From Promethearchaeota archaeon (GTDB lineage: Archaea; Asgardarchaeota; Lokiarchaeia; Sigyniarchaeales; SOKP01), in the NCBI GenBank assembly GCA_048941285.1, contig JBHLNS010000064.1, forward strand, positions 1 through 16,250: 16,250 bases of DNA, read 5' to 3'. This document shows, in pieces, positions 7,375 to 16,250 of the stretch; the first letter of the stretch is position 1; every line of letters begins with the position of its first letter. A model generated the notes under the pieces. That model made no database searches. It saw nothing but the letters and a program-made list of their open reading frames with translations, and was not told the origin of the DNA. Made by a program: the position numbers and the translations under genes.

Positions 7375-8106
7375 ATGTCCATTGAAAAAAATTTCATTGA
7401 TGTTAAATCATCAAAAAGCCCTGAGGAGATAAACAATTTTTTAGTTGAATTGAGTAAAAAACCTTCTATAGAATATCTTAAATTCCTCGACTATTTTATC
7501 ACTAATCTAAAACCTCAGGTTTTTGAAAAAATTAAATTAAATTTGGTTTACTTGATTGGTGAGCTTGGTAATTTGATTCCTATAGAAAATAAATATTTAA
7601 AATTATTGATGGAAATATATTACGGTTCAGATAGATGGATTAGAAACGAAATAATACAGGCAATTAACAAAGTAGCGTTAAATACTAAAGTAGGAGATGA
7701 GATCGTTAAGTTAATAGGATATGCTATAAATGATGAGTATCATCCAATTAAAGTTAATGCTCTTAAAGCTTTATTAAATTTTGATGAGAATCCCATTTTG
7801 ATAAGAAGGAATCTGTTTTTTACATTAAATAAAAAAGATTTAGAATTAGAAGAATTATGTGTGAGAATTTTTGAAAAATTTCTTCCAGATTTTTATGAAT
7901 TATTTAGTTCACTTTCATATTCAGATAATTATAAAATTTTGAAACCAAGAGCTATCAGGACTTTATTACTAGTATATTTTAAATCTCCATTTAATTTAGA
8001 ATCCTTTCGGGAAAAGGTTTCCTTATCGAATTGGGAAATTGAATATAAAGAAAGATATATTAGAGAAATTGATATGTATGAAAATATTTTATTAAAAAAT
8101 ATATAA
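7375..8106 (+). CDS. Hypothetical alpha-helical protein with HEAT/ARM-like repeats
   Basis: 243-aa ORF with repeated HEAT-like units about 38 aa apart (IKLNLVYLIGEL; DRWIRNEIIQAINKV; DEYHPIKVNALKAL). Confidence 0.65.
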   Translation: MSIEKNFIDVKSSKSPEEINNFLVELSKKPSIEYLKFLDYFITNLKPQVFEKIKLNLVYLIGELGNLIPIENKYLKLLMEIYYGSDRWIRNEIIQAINKVALNTKVGDEIVKLIGYAINDEYHPIKVNALKALLNFDENPILIRRNLFFTLNKKDLELEELCVRIFEKFLPDFYELFSSLSYSDNYKILKPRAIRTLLLVYFKSPFNLESFREKVSLSNWEIEYKERYIREIDMYENILLKNI

Positions 8107-8116
8107 AGAATAATGT

Positions 8117-9337
8117 TTATTGATATTTTATAAGAATCTTTTCCAAATCTTCGTTAGATAATAGGATTTCATTAAAAATTTTGTTTAACATCTTTATAAT
8201 TTTTCTGGGATTACCTTTTGAATAATTATAAATATATTCTAATACTGAATCGTTAAGTGGATAAAAGGAATCTGAGAAATCTCTGAAATAATCAAAATAA
8301 TTAATATTACCAAAAAAAAATTCCATATTTTTCTTATAAAATATTAAGAGGTCCTTTTCTATAAAGTCAGATAAAATAATAGGTTCTTTCAATAAATCTA
8401 TAAGATGGTTATTTTTATCTTCGAATTTATCTTTTATTTCCTTGTAATAATCGAGTGATTTCAGAGTTATAATTATTCTTAAACCCTTAATTTTATTCAA
8501 ATTGACTATTTTATCTAATAATTTCTCTGCTGTTCGCTTATCCGGAGATTCTTTGCTCCCATAGAGCCAACTTCGATCAAAGAATTCTTCTTCTTCTTCC
8601 TCAATTGATATTGGTTTTGTCATAGAAATAATTTTTTCGAAATCATCAATAAATAAAACACTATTTACCATTGAATTTTCTACTAATACTCTCAACATTG
8701 TGTATGAGTGATTTCTCCCTCTCAAGTCATGGCTTAAACCTAACCTTGAAAGTTCTCTTATATCAATAACCTCACCTAAGAACCATCTCTCAACTTCTAA
8801 CTTTTTATATGGATCAATTTGATGAGCTGTGAATGCATTTATTATATCTTTTATTGAAGTTTGATGCTCAAAATTAGGTGCCCAATTTTCAAAAGCTACT
8901 TTCCTGACTTTTTCAATATCGGCTAAATGGAAAAAACCAAACCTTCTTTTCAAGGCACCCCAATTATTACATAATCTCCTCGCAATGCTTCTTAAAACGT
9001 CAATGCCCATATTTTCAATAAATTCGGAATAAATATAATAATAAAATTTCTGAACAACTTCCTCTAAAGAAATATAGATAATATTATAGTAATATAATTC
9101 ATGCTTTAAAGCCCAATATAAATGAGTTTTTCCAGTACCAACATCTCCTATTATCGGTAAAATAAAATTTTCATCTTTTTCAATTATATTAATGATAGAG
9201 TAAAATAAATCTTGTCTTGATGGTACTAATCCAATATCTTCTTCAATTTCACCAGTAGATACGAATTTTTTAAAAGGAGACCCCGTAAATTTCAATAGAT
9301 TAAGCAGTTTTTGTTGTTTGTTTTCATATAGAAGCAT
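8117..9337 (-). CDS. P-loop NTPase, AAA+-like, of uncertain subfamily
   Basis: Walker A IIGDVGTGKT, Walker B VLFIDDFE, lid/sensor-2-like YPL...GNPRKII, and a helical insertion between Walker A and B. Confidence 0.85.
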   Translation of the reverse strand: MLLYENKQQKLLNLLKFTGSPFKKFVSTGEIEEDIGLVPSRQDLFYSIINIIEKDENFILPIIGDVGTGKTHLYWALKHELYYYNIIYISLEEVVQKFYYYIYSEFIENMGIDVLRSIARRLCNNWGALKRRFGFFHLADIEKVRKVAFENWAPNFEHQTSIKDIINAFTAHQIDPYKKLEVERWFLGEVIDIRELSRLGLSHDLRGRNHSYTMLRVLVENSMVNSVLFIDDFEKIISMTKPISIEEEEEEFFDRSWLYGSKESPDKRTAEKLLDKIVNLNKIKGLRIIITLKSLDYYKEIKDKFEDKNNHLIDLLKEPIILSDFIEKDLLIFYKKNMEFFFGNINYFDYFRDFSDSFYPLNDSVLEYIYNYSKGNPRKIIKMLNKIFNEILLSNEDLEKILIKYQ

Positions 9338-9353
9338 TTTAAATCTATTCCAT

Positions 9354-9977
9354 TTATATTTTTAATTCCTCTATTCCTAATATTATAATATATTCAACTA
9401 CTTTATCATCCACGCTTACAATTGGTTCATAACTTATATTAAGTTCATCATTTTTATCTCTTCCAACAATTAAGCAATCATAAAAAACTGGATCTCCATT
9501 ATCATCAATTACTACCCTATCAGCAACGATAATTCCATTTCTAATCATAGAGATAGGGTTTTTTAAGATTTCTCCTTTAAAAAAATCTAAGTGATTTACA
9601 CCATATTTTAAATCATTAATAAATAAACCAGCAGTGTGTAATAGATTAATAGTGAATGGAAAATCATTTGAAAACTGACCTTGATCATATTGTTCCATCG
9701 TGTTTTCTGGTATCAAGACAACATATTCTAGTGGATTATCTTCTGCATTCCACTTGAAATCAGTATTTCTTGAAAAGGGGTTAAAATTATTATCTATTTT
9801 TTCAAAACCTACAACTAATCCTTCAGATATACTAATTCCTTCTAATTCTGATACAGTTATATTATCAGAAAATATTATCTTATCTTGCCATTTTGATATA
9901 ATTGAACCCGTAAATATTCCATTACTCTGTATCCCTTTTAAAGAATCAAATAAAATAAAATTAGGCGAATTTGGCAT
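9354..9977 (-). CDS. Hypothetical protein, acidic and beta-rich
   Basis: 207-aa ORF with ATG start, ending 16 nt upstream of the ATPase start and probably co-transcribed. No motif recognised. Confidence 0.7.
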   Translation of the reverse strand: MPNSPNFILFDSLKGIQSNGIFTGSIISKWQDKIIFSDNITVSELEGISISEGLVVGFEKIDNNFNPFSRNTDFKWNAEDNPLEYVVLIPENTMEQYDQGQFSNDFPFTINLLHTAGLFINDLKYGVNHLDFFKGEILKNPISMIRNGIIVADRVVIDDNGDPVFYDCLIVGRDKNDELNISYEPIVSVDDKVVEYIIILGIEELKI

Positions 9978-10112
9978 AATAACTATTTTTTCTTTAGTAT
10001 TAGATACTATTCTTAACCAATTATTTCAAGTTTATATCATTAATCTTATATATAAATCCTTTCCATATATTTTTTGGTAGAATATACAATAGATATTAAT
10101 AGATAATAAAAA
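9978..10112. promoter_or_regulatory. Divergent promoter region with a palindromic TATA-like element (TTATATATAA, 10046-10055)
   Basis: Intergenic gap between divergent genes. The palindromic TATA candidate lies roughly midway, but AT-richness makes the exact element uncertain. Confidence 0.4.
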
Positions 10113-11360
10113 ATGGATTCCTCAATCCTTACTCAAAAAATATCCGATTTATCAAAGGTTGAATTGTTAGATAGAGCAAGTCAGTTTATATTTTCCACTG
10201 GCTTGAATGATGGAACATCTAAGTTATGCAAAGCTAACATGAAGTATGGGCTAGCAATGTTCCATATAATTCAAGAAAAATATGGTTTTGAACCTATTGC
10301 AACTTTTATTTCTTCACCAGATGAAACTATCTCAAGAAATAAATTTAGATGGAATTCAGGTTTAGGCTATGGTGGGAAATTGAATTGGGGAAATGGTAAT
10401 GATAAATTAATTTTTCTCAATATAAAACCAAATTGTTGCGGAATTTTGGTTGGTGGATTAGAAGAATTACCAGATCCTTACAATTTAATTAAAAAGATTG
10501 ATGCTGTAAAATCAGAAGAGCTTTATTATAATAAAGTCCGAATTGATTGGGATTATGGAATCTCAAATCATTTCATTAATTGTTTTGAGACTAAAAACTT
10601 ATCTGATTTGAATCTCCCTCCTTATGTATTTCTGATCCATGGGTCAGCACCTGAATTCAGAGACGATAGAGATGATAATTTCGGACTTTATATAGATAAA
10701 TCAAAGAAACTAAAAGATGTTGCGATTGAAGAAAAAACTAAATTTGGTCCCCAATACATATTAATGGATTCCGAAGCTAAGGAATATCTTGAATTAAACA
10801 AAAGGGCATTAGAATTTTCGAATTCAAAAAGAGAAGTAATCGCTAATAACCTTTTTGATTATGGGTATAGCATTATTTGTAATCAACCGCACCAATTTCT
10901 AAAAGACTATAATAATATGTATTTAGGGAGTAATTGTACAGATATAAATTGTGACCTGATAAAATCAGATATATATCCAACTACACTTAGAGCAGATATC
11001 GCTGCTTATTTATTTAAAGGAAAAAAAAATTTATCTGAGAGAACCCTTAAGAATCAAAACCTCTTAGAAAAAGGGGAGAAATTGGAAGTATTAGATTTAT
11101 TATTGAATGCTAATATACTTCCACATGGTGGAGGGTATACTTTTCCCGATACTGAGGATGTATTAGACATATTAGAATATAAAGATCAAAGATACTTTGT
11201 TACCTCTTTAAAATCACGTATTAGCAGATTAAAAATAATAAGAAATGTTAGTGAATTACAATTTGAATATAGAGGAAGAGATATTATTCTTAAAACTCTC
11301 CAACTAGATCTCGGTGAAATTATAGCCAGATTAAATCCATTGTTCTCTTTAAAATTGTAA
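10113..11360 (+). CDS. Divergent RtcB-like protein (RNA 3'-phosphate/5'-OH ligase fold)
   Basis: RtcB-like motifs in the correct order: SPD, GYGG, NCCG (cf. DINCG), GISNHF (cf. GSGNHF), IHGS (cf. IHSGS), PHQ (cf. HN), PHGGG (cf. HGAG), EYRG (cf. AYKD), and terminal ARLNPLFSLK (cf. ARLRPLxxxKG). Confidence 0.72.
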   Translation: MDSSILTQKISDLSKVELLDRASQFIFSTGLNDGTSKLCKANMKYGLAMFHIIQEKYGFEPIATFISSPDETISRNKFRWNSGLGYGGKLNWGNGNDKLIFLNIKPNCCGILVGGLEELPDPYNLIKKIDAVKSEELYYNKVRIDWDYGISNHFINCFETKNLSDLNLPPYVFLIHGSAPEFRDDRDDNFGLYIDKSKKLKDVAIEEKTKFGPQYILMDSEAKEYLELNKRALEFSNSKREVIANNLFDYGYSIICNQPHQFLKDYNNMYLGSNCTDINCDLIKSDIYPTTLRADIAAYLFKGKKNLSERTLKNQNLLEKGEKLEVLDLLLNANILPHGGGYTFPDTEDVLDILEYKDQRYFVTSLKSRISRLKIIRNVSELQFEYRGRDIILKTLQLDLGEIIARLNPLFSLKL

Positions 11361-11361
11361 T

Positions 11362-13425
11362 TTATTCGATTCTTGCTCCTGGTGGGATATCCTTATCTGG
11401 TACCAAAATTGACACGTTTCCACCTTCAACAGCAGCTAAGAGCATTCCTTGACTTAATATTCCTTTTAGCTTTCGTGGTTCTAAATTTGTTAGAACAATG
11501 ATCTTTTTTCCCATTAAGTTATCAGCTTTATAATGCTCAGCTAACCCCGCGACTAAAGTTCTTTTTTCAGTTCCTAAATCAATAGAAAGTTTATAAAGTT
11601 TATCTGCTTTTGGAACTTTTTCAATTTTTTCTACCAAAGCAACTCTGATATCTAATTTCTTAAAATCATCATAGGAAATCAGTTCTTTCTCACCTTCTTC
11701 TGGTTTTTTTTCCTTTAATTTTTTATATTCTTCTTTAAGTTCTTCAATCTCTAATTTCTGAAAAAGAGGTTTAGGTTTCTTAATATTTTGCCCTGTTTTT
11801 ATAGAATTTTCATTAATGCTATCCCAATTTACCTCTGTTAATTTTGGAGCGTTTAAATACGATAAAATCTTTTCTGAAGTTTTTGGGATAAATGGACCTA
11901 ATAAAACTGCTAAACCATATACTGCTTGAGAACAAACATTAAATACATGTCCCGCAGCTTTTTTGTCTTTTTTAATCAAATGCCATGGGGCTTTTTCATT
12001 TAAATATATATTTCCTTCTTTTCCAAAATTGACTATATCCCTTATGGCTTTCCTAATTTTAAAATTATACAGACTTTCTCCTACTTCGATACTAATATTA
12101 TTTATTTTTTCTATAAATTTTTCATCAATTTCATCAGATTTTACTTTTTCGGGGATTTTACCTCCAAATTGCTTTTCTATAAAGGTTAAAGTCCGATGAA
12201 TAAAATTACCAATGTTATCGTTAAGAATTTTTACACTATTTTCAAATTCAGACCATAAAAAGGAAGTGTCACTTGTTTCGGGCCTATTATATAATAAATT
12301 GAAACGCCAATAATCAAGTGGAGCAAGTTCTAAGGCTTCATTAATCCAAATCCCAATCTTTCTTGATTTTGAAAATTTTTGATTTTCATACATTAACCAT
12401 TCTGTTGATGAGACATTATATGGTAATACTAATTTTTCACTTTCTTTTTTATCTTCATTATAAGCCAACAGCAAGGCAGGAAAAACAATTAAATGAAAAA
12501 TAATATTATCTTTTCCAATAAAATAAACAGTCTTAGTGTCTTTATCCTTCCAAAAATAATCGAATTTGGCTGGATCATTAATTAGATTGTCAGCCCATTC
12601 TAAAACTGCAGTTATATAGCCCAATACTGCCTCAAACCATACATAAATAGTCTTTCCTTTTGCTCCTTCGAATGGTGCTGGAATACCCCATTCCAAATCT
12701 CGAGTAATTGCACGTTCAGGTAAACCCTCAACTATGCTATTTAAACACATTTGTCGCGCATTACTGGGTATAATTTCATTTCCCTCTATAAGGTTTTTTA
12801 ACCTCTTCTGTAATTTGGGTTGATCCAAATACCAGTGTTTAGTTTTTTTAATTATTGGAGGTGTACCACACACAGCACATCTTGGCTTAATAAGTTCCAA
12901 TGGAGTTAATAGCTTTTGGCAGTTATCACATTGATCTCCTCTCGCATCTTCAAAACCACAATGAGGACAAATCCCTTCTACGAATCTGTCAGGCAAAAAC
13001 AAATCATCTTGTTTACAATACAGTGATTCTATCTCTTTCTCTAATATATATCCATTTTTTTGTATATCTAAATACATTTTTTTAACAAATTCAATATGGG
13101 TAGGATTATGAGTTATCGTGTAATTATCAAATGAAATTTGCCATTTTTCATGTAATCCTTTAATGATTTTATGATATTTAAATGCGAGTTCTTTAGCAGG
13201 GACATTTAATTTTTTTGCCTCTACAGAAATAGGTGTTCCATGGGAATCAGATCCAGAAACAAACACTACCTCTTCTCCTTTTAATCTCAAGAATCTTGCA
13301 AATACATCTGCAGACAGCGTGCTTCCAATAAGGTTACCCAAATGAGGAATGGCATTCACATAAGGCCACGCTGATGTTACAACCCATTTACCTTTCTTTT
13401 TAATAGCTAATTTACTCGACCTCAC
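11362..13425 (-). CDS. metG: Methionyl-tRNA synthetase with C-terminal Trbp111/EMAPII-like tRNA-binding domain; GTG start, exact start uncertain
   Basis: VTSAWPYVNAIPHLGN, SDSHGTPI, Zn knuckles (CPHC, CDNC, CAVC), ITRDLEWGIP, IYVWFEA, FIGKDNIIFH, KFSKS, and DDFKKLDIRV...NLEPRKLKGILSQGMLLAA. Confidence 0.98.
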   Translation of the reverse strand: MRSSKLAIKKKGKWVVTSAWPYVNAIPHLGNLIGSTLSADVFARFLRLKGEEVVFVSGSDSHGTPISVEAKKLNVPAKELAFKYHKIIKGLHEKWQISFDNYTITHNPTHIEFVKKMYLDIQKNGYILEKEIESLYCKQDDLFLPDRFVEGICPHCGFEDARGDQCDNCQKLLTPLELIKPRCAVCGTPPIIKKTKHWYLDQPKLQKRLKNLIEGNEIIPSNARQMCLNSIVEGLPERAITRDLEWGIPAPFEGAKGKTIYVWFEAVLGYITAVLEWADNLINDPAKFDYFWKDKDTKTVYFIGKDNIIFHLIVFPALLLAYNEDKKESEKLVLPYNVSSTEWLMYENQKFSKSRKIGIWINEALELAPLDYWRFNLLYNRPETSDTSFLWSEFENSVKILNDNIGNFIHRTLTFIEKQFGGKIPEKVKSDEIDEKFIEKINNISIEVGESLYNFKIRKAIRDIVNFGKEGNIYLNEKAPWHLIKKDKKAAGHVFNVCSQAVYGLAVLLGPFIPKTSEKILSYLNAPKLTEVNWDSINENSIKTGQNIKKPKPLFQKLEIEELKEEYKKLKEKKPEEGEKELISYDDFKKLDIRVALVEKIEKVPKADKLYKLSIDLGTEKRTLVAGLAEHYKADNLMGKKIIVLTNLEPRKLKGILSQGMLLAAVEGGNVSILVPDKDIPPGARIE

Positions 13426-13494
13426 TACTTAAATTTATTAATAAAAAGAATCCTATGCTTAAATAATTTTAACAAAGTTTGTAAAAATAAGTGG

Positions 13495-14676
13495 TTATTT
13501 TAAGATTATTTTTGCTCCACAATACCGACAAGCTTTAAGTTCTTTGTATATCTTCTGAAAACAAGGTTCATGATAATAAGCTTCACAGTTTTCACATTTA
13601 TAAACTTTGAAATCACCTAAGAAAATACTATGACAATAAGAACAAGAGACATTAATTTGATCGATTTTATCATCAGGTACTAGTAACATTTTTGTCTCTA
13701 CAATTTGATCCTCTTCTTCAATCTTTATTTCTGGAAATTTCTCTGTTTTTTCTTTTACTAATTTTAATGCTGCTCTCGGTAATTCTAATAAAAAGAAACA
13801 AAATGGACAACGAAATATATTTTCCTCATATTCAGTTTTTTTAGCCCACATAGCAGCACAAGATAAGTGCATTGCTCGGTCACAACTTGGACAATATCGT
13901 CCCTCGCCAAGAAAATCAGATCCTGTCACTACAGCTTTTATAGAGTGACAAATTTGACATTTCTCTTGATCTTTGCCACCCCCCTTCATCATTAGCTTAA
14001 TATCTAGTAAAGAGGGTCTTCTTAATGGAAGTGCGATCTCACTAATTAAGGGCGCTATTTTATTATTTTTATTAGGTGAAAAATAATCTATAGTTTCTCT
14101 AACTTCTTTCTTGGAAGCAAACGCACTTACAGCATTGATAATTGCCTTAGAATTATTAAAGTACTCAAAATCTCCTCCAGTTGATTGAGTTATTCTTCTT
14201 AATGAGTCTTCACCATCATCTTCTATACCACCTAATTGACAAGCATCAATAAACACGCCTAAACCCTTGGCAATTTTAACGATTTTTCTTAATTTATTAT
14301 TATCATTATTCAGTTTATTATCTGTTATAATAAATATTCTACCGGTTTTTCCACCTACTTTACGCATCTCTTCAACAAGAATTTGAAGTGAAAATGCAAT
14401 TCCTTCGTGTAGAAATCCTTGACCTGAAATTTGAACCTTTTTTAAGGATTTAATTAACTTTTCTTCTTCATACCCAAAATCAATTAATTTTTTTGATACA
14501 TCTCCAAATGTAATTATTGATATTCGATCTTTCATATCAATCGAGAGTTTTGATTGAATGAAATTTTTTGTTGCTTCTAATTCAACATATAATCTACTTG
14601 GTTTAAAATCTTTTCTTAACATCGATCTCGATGTATCTAAAAGAATAACCGTATCTTCAATTTTCTTTATAGGCAA
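13495..14676 (-). CDS. vWA-domain protein with two C-terminal C4HC3 RING/PHD-like zinc fingers; TTG start
   Basis: MIDAS-type LLDTSRSM..KDFKPSRL, IFIITD and TGG. Finger 1: CQIC...CPSC....HLSCAAMW...CPFC (13959-13798). Finger 2: CSYC...CENC....HEPC...CRYC (13644-13519). Confidence 0.9.
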   Translation of the reverse strand: MPIKKIEDTVILLDTSRSMLRKDFKPSRLYVELEATKNFIQSKLSIDMKDRISIITFGDVSKKLIDFGYEEEKLIKSLKKVQISGQGFLHEGIAFSLQILVEEMRKVGGKTGRIFIITDNKLNNDNNKLRKIVKIAKGLGVFIDACQLGGIEDDGEDSLRRITQSTGGDFEYFNNSKAIINAVSAFASKKEVRETIDYFSPNKNNKIAPLISEIALPLRRPSLLDIKLMMKGGGKDQEKCQICHSIKAVVTGSDFLGEGRYCPSCDRAMHLSCAAMWAKKTEYEENIFRCPFCFFLLELPRAALKLVKEKTEKFPEIKIEEEDQIVETKMLLVPDDKIDQINVSCSYCHSIFLGDFKVYKCENCEAYYHEPCFQKIYKELKACRYCGAKIILK

Positions 14677-14767
14677 TATATCGCAAGAATTATCCTAGTT
14701 ATAAGATATTAATAAAATAATAAGAGTGGAATCATTTAAATTTCTATACTTCTTTTTATTTTTTTCA

Positions 14768-16120
14768 TTATTTTAAGAATTCATAAGCAAATAGAGTATA
14801 GATTTTAATCGCATTAATGTAATCCTGTATTTCTATATTTTCATCAGTGGAATGAGCTCTAGCTCCACTTCCAGGACCAAACATTATAGTTTCAGGGCAA
14901 TACCCTTCATTACGAAAATGTGATGCATCTGCACTTGCAGGATATAATAGATAAAATGGTTTTTTTGAGTGTACTTTTTCAACAATTTTATAGAATTTTT
15001 TTAAGGTTGAGGATTTACTCCAATCTTTCCAATAAGAAGGTTCAGAGTATTGAATATTTTCTATATATACGAAAACTTCTTCTGGATCTCCAATAGGTTT
15101 ACTTTTTACGGAATAACCTAGATCTTCCTCAATTAACTTTCTTAATGCCTTCAAAATTGGTTCTATCTCTTGTCCCGGTAATAATCTAAAATCTATAATC
15201 GCTTCACATTCATCAGGTACAACATTATCTTTTATTCCACCTTTAATAATTGTCAAACTCTTAGTGAATTGGGTAAGAGCCTTCAGAACACTGCTTAGCA
15301 TTGGTTGTTCAATGAGTATTCTCTCTAAAATTTCTAAACTTGGAAAAGCCGCACTCATTAAATTTTTCAATTCTTCTAATGACAAGGGAGGCTTGATTTT
15401 TGGGATATAGTCATCTATTTTATCTAAGTCATTAATTATTTCACTCATCATATAGATAGCATTTTTTCCCATAAAGGGCCAAGAAGAATGAGTAGAAACT
15501 CCATTAGTTATTATTTTAACTACCAGACGACCTCTTTCACCTATACTTATAACATGAGGCATCGGTTTCAGTCTACTAGGTTCTGAAATAATAGCAAAAT
15601 CAGGTTTAATTGAATTTAATGGATTTTTAATACACCATTTTGTACCATACTCTCCTCCAGTTTCCTCATCTGCAACAGCATTCACTATCAAGTTTCCAGA
15701 GAGTTTAATTCCTAATTTCTTTAAAATTTTTAAAGCAACGACGATTGCTGCTAAGCCTCCTTTCATATCGGTAGTACCTCTTCCATAAATAAACTTTTTT
15801 CTTTTTATTGTGCCAGATAACGGCGGAAATTTCCATTCATCTTCATTTCCTGGTGGTACTACATCCATATGTCCATTATATAAAAGAGTTTTTCCTTTAA
15901 AATTATCATTTAGGGTTGCAACTAAATTAGCTCGATTATCGCCAAATGAGAAGATTTCACATTTAATATCAGTATTTTTCAAGTATTTTTCAATTTCTAA
16001 AGCTACACTTTTTTCATTTCCTGGAGGATTATACGAATCTGTTTGAATCAATCTCCTAAGAAATTCAATATATTCTTCTCTATTATTCTCAATTTCATTA
16101 AGAATTAATGCTTCACTCAA
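14768..16120 (-). CDS. M20-family metallopeptidase/deacylase (ArgE/DapE-like); TTG start
   Basis: S.NPPGNE, NGHMDVVP, GRGTTDMKGG, ADEETGG, SEP, NVVPD.C....DFR and GPG....AHSTDE. Confidence 0.95.
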   Translation of the reverse strand: MSEALILNEIENNREEYIEFLRRLIQTDSYNPPGNEKSVALEIEKYLKNTDIKCEIFSFGDNRANLVATLNDNFKGKTLLYNGHMDVVPPGNEDEWKFPPLSGTIKRKKFIYGRGTTDMKGGLAAIVVALKILKKLGIKLSGNLIVNAVADEETGGEYGTKWCIKNPLNSIKPDFAIISEPSRLKPMPHVISIGERGRLVVKIITNGVSTHSSWPFMGKNAIYMMSEIINDLDKIDDYIPKIKPPLSLEELKNLMSAAFPSLEILERILIEQPMLSSVLKALTQFTKSLTIIKGGIKDNVVPDECEAIIDFRLLPGQEIEPILKALRKLIEEDLGYSVKSKPIGDPEEVFVYIENIQYSEPSYWKDWSKSSTLKKFYKIVEKVHSKKPFYLLYPASADASHFRNEGYCPETIMFGPGSGARAHSTDENIEIQDYINAIKIYTLFAYEFLK

Positions 16121-16250
16121 ACTTATTACCTTTTTAAAAAATAATGCAAACTCTATTTAAAATAAATTTGAGACTTTATAATATTTTGTTATATTGAAAA
16201 TCTAACCAACAAATATTAAAAATTAGGAAATTTTAATACTTTTAAATTAT

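Noticed and set aside
6521-8110. Lower-GC stretch as a horizontally acquired island
   Set aside because: No integrase, transposase, tRNA or flanking repeats were seen. The composition is explained by intergenic DNA and Ile/Phe/Lys/Asn-rich proteins.
8584-8603. (TTC)n trinucleotide run as a repeat element
   Set aside because: It simply encodes the poly-Glu loop of the ATPase and is too short to be an independent repeat.
8117-9337. Calling the ATPase part of a BREX or other defence system
   Set aside because: No PglX/PglZ, helicase, nuclease or methylase is nearby, and the flanking genes are housekeeping or metabolic.
9700-16046. Short + strand ORFs (9700-10080, 11963-12199, 12900-13085, 15810-16046)
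   Set aside because: Antisense to longer, better-supported genes, with the Ser/Phe/Ile-rich composition typical of shadow frames.
14768-16120. Assigning dapE or argE to the M20 enzyme
   Set aside because: The motifs are family-wide, and there is no lysine or arginine pathway context to fix the substrate.
1-16250. tRNA, rRNA, SECIS or CRISPR array
   Set aside because: Intergenic gaps are short and very AT-rich. I saw no cloverleaf, stable GC stem or spaced direct repeats by eye; a covariance-model search would be needed to exclude them formally.

Overview
AT-rich, gene-dense archaeal chromosomal DNA. The gene content suggests an Asgard (Lokiarchaeia-like) source, but this is inference. The first 6.5 kb is the distal part of a + strand, SD-led redox operon: an unidentified upstream gene end, hdrA, mvhD, an MvhG-like Fe-S subunit with a long C-terminal extension, an 822-aa flavoprotein, and tusA. 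In the flavoprotein, a complete GltD/NfnB-like NAD(P)H module is inserted inside an FrhB (F420-binding) fold and followed by a winged-helix-like tail. No [NiFe] large subunit follows mvhG, so this looks like a hydrogenase-less Hdr complex fed by F420H2/NAD(P)H, possibly tied to sulfur transfer. Downstream lie an ICMT/PEMT-family methyltransferase, a HEAT-like helical protein, an AAA+-type P-loop ATPase with an upstream hypothetical gene, a very divergent RtcB-like protein, metG, a vWA protein with two C4HC3 RING-like fingers, and an M20 (ArgE/DapE-like) metallohydrolase. I found no RNA genes, CRISPR arrays or mobile elements.
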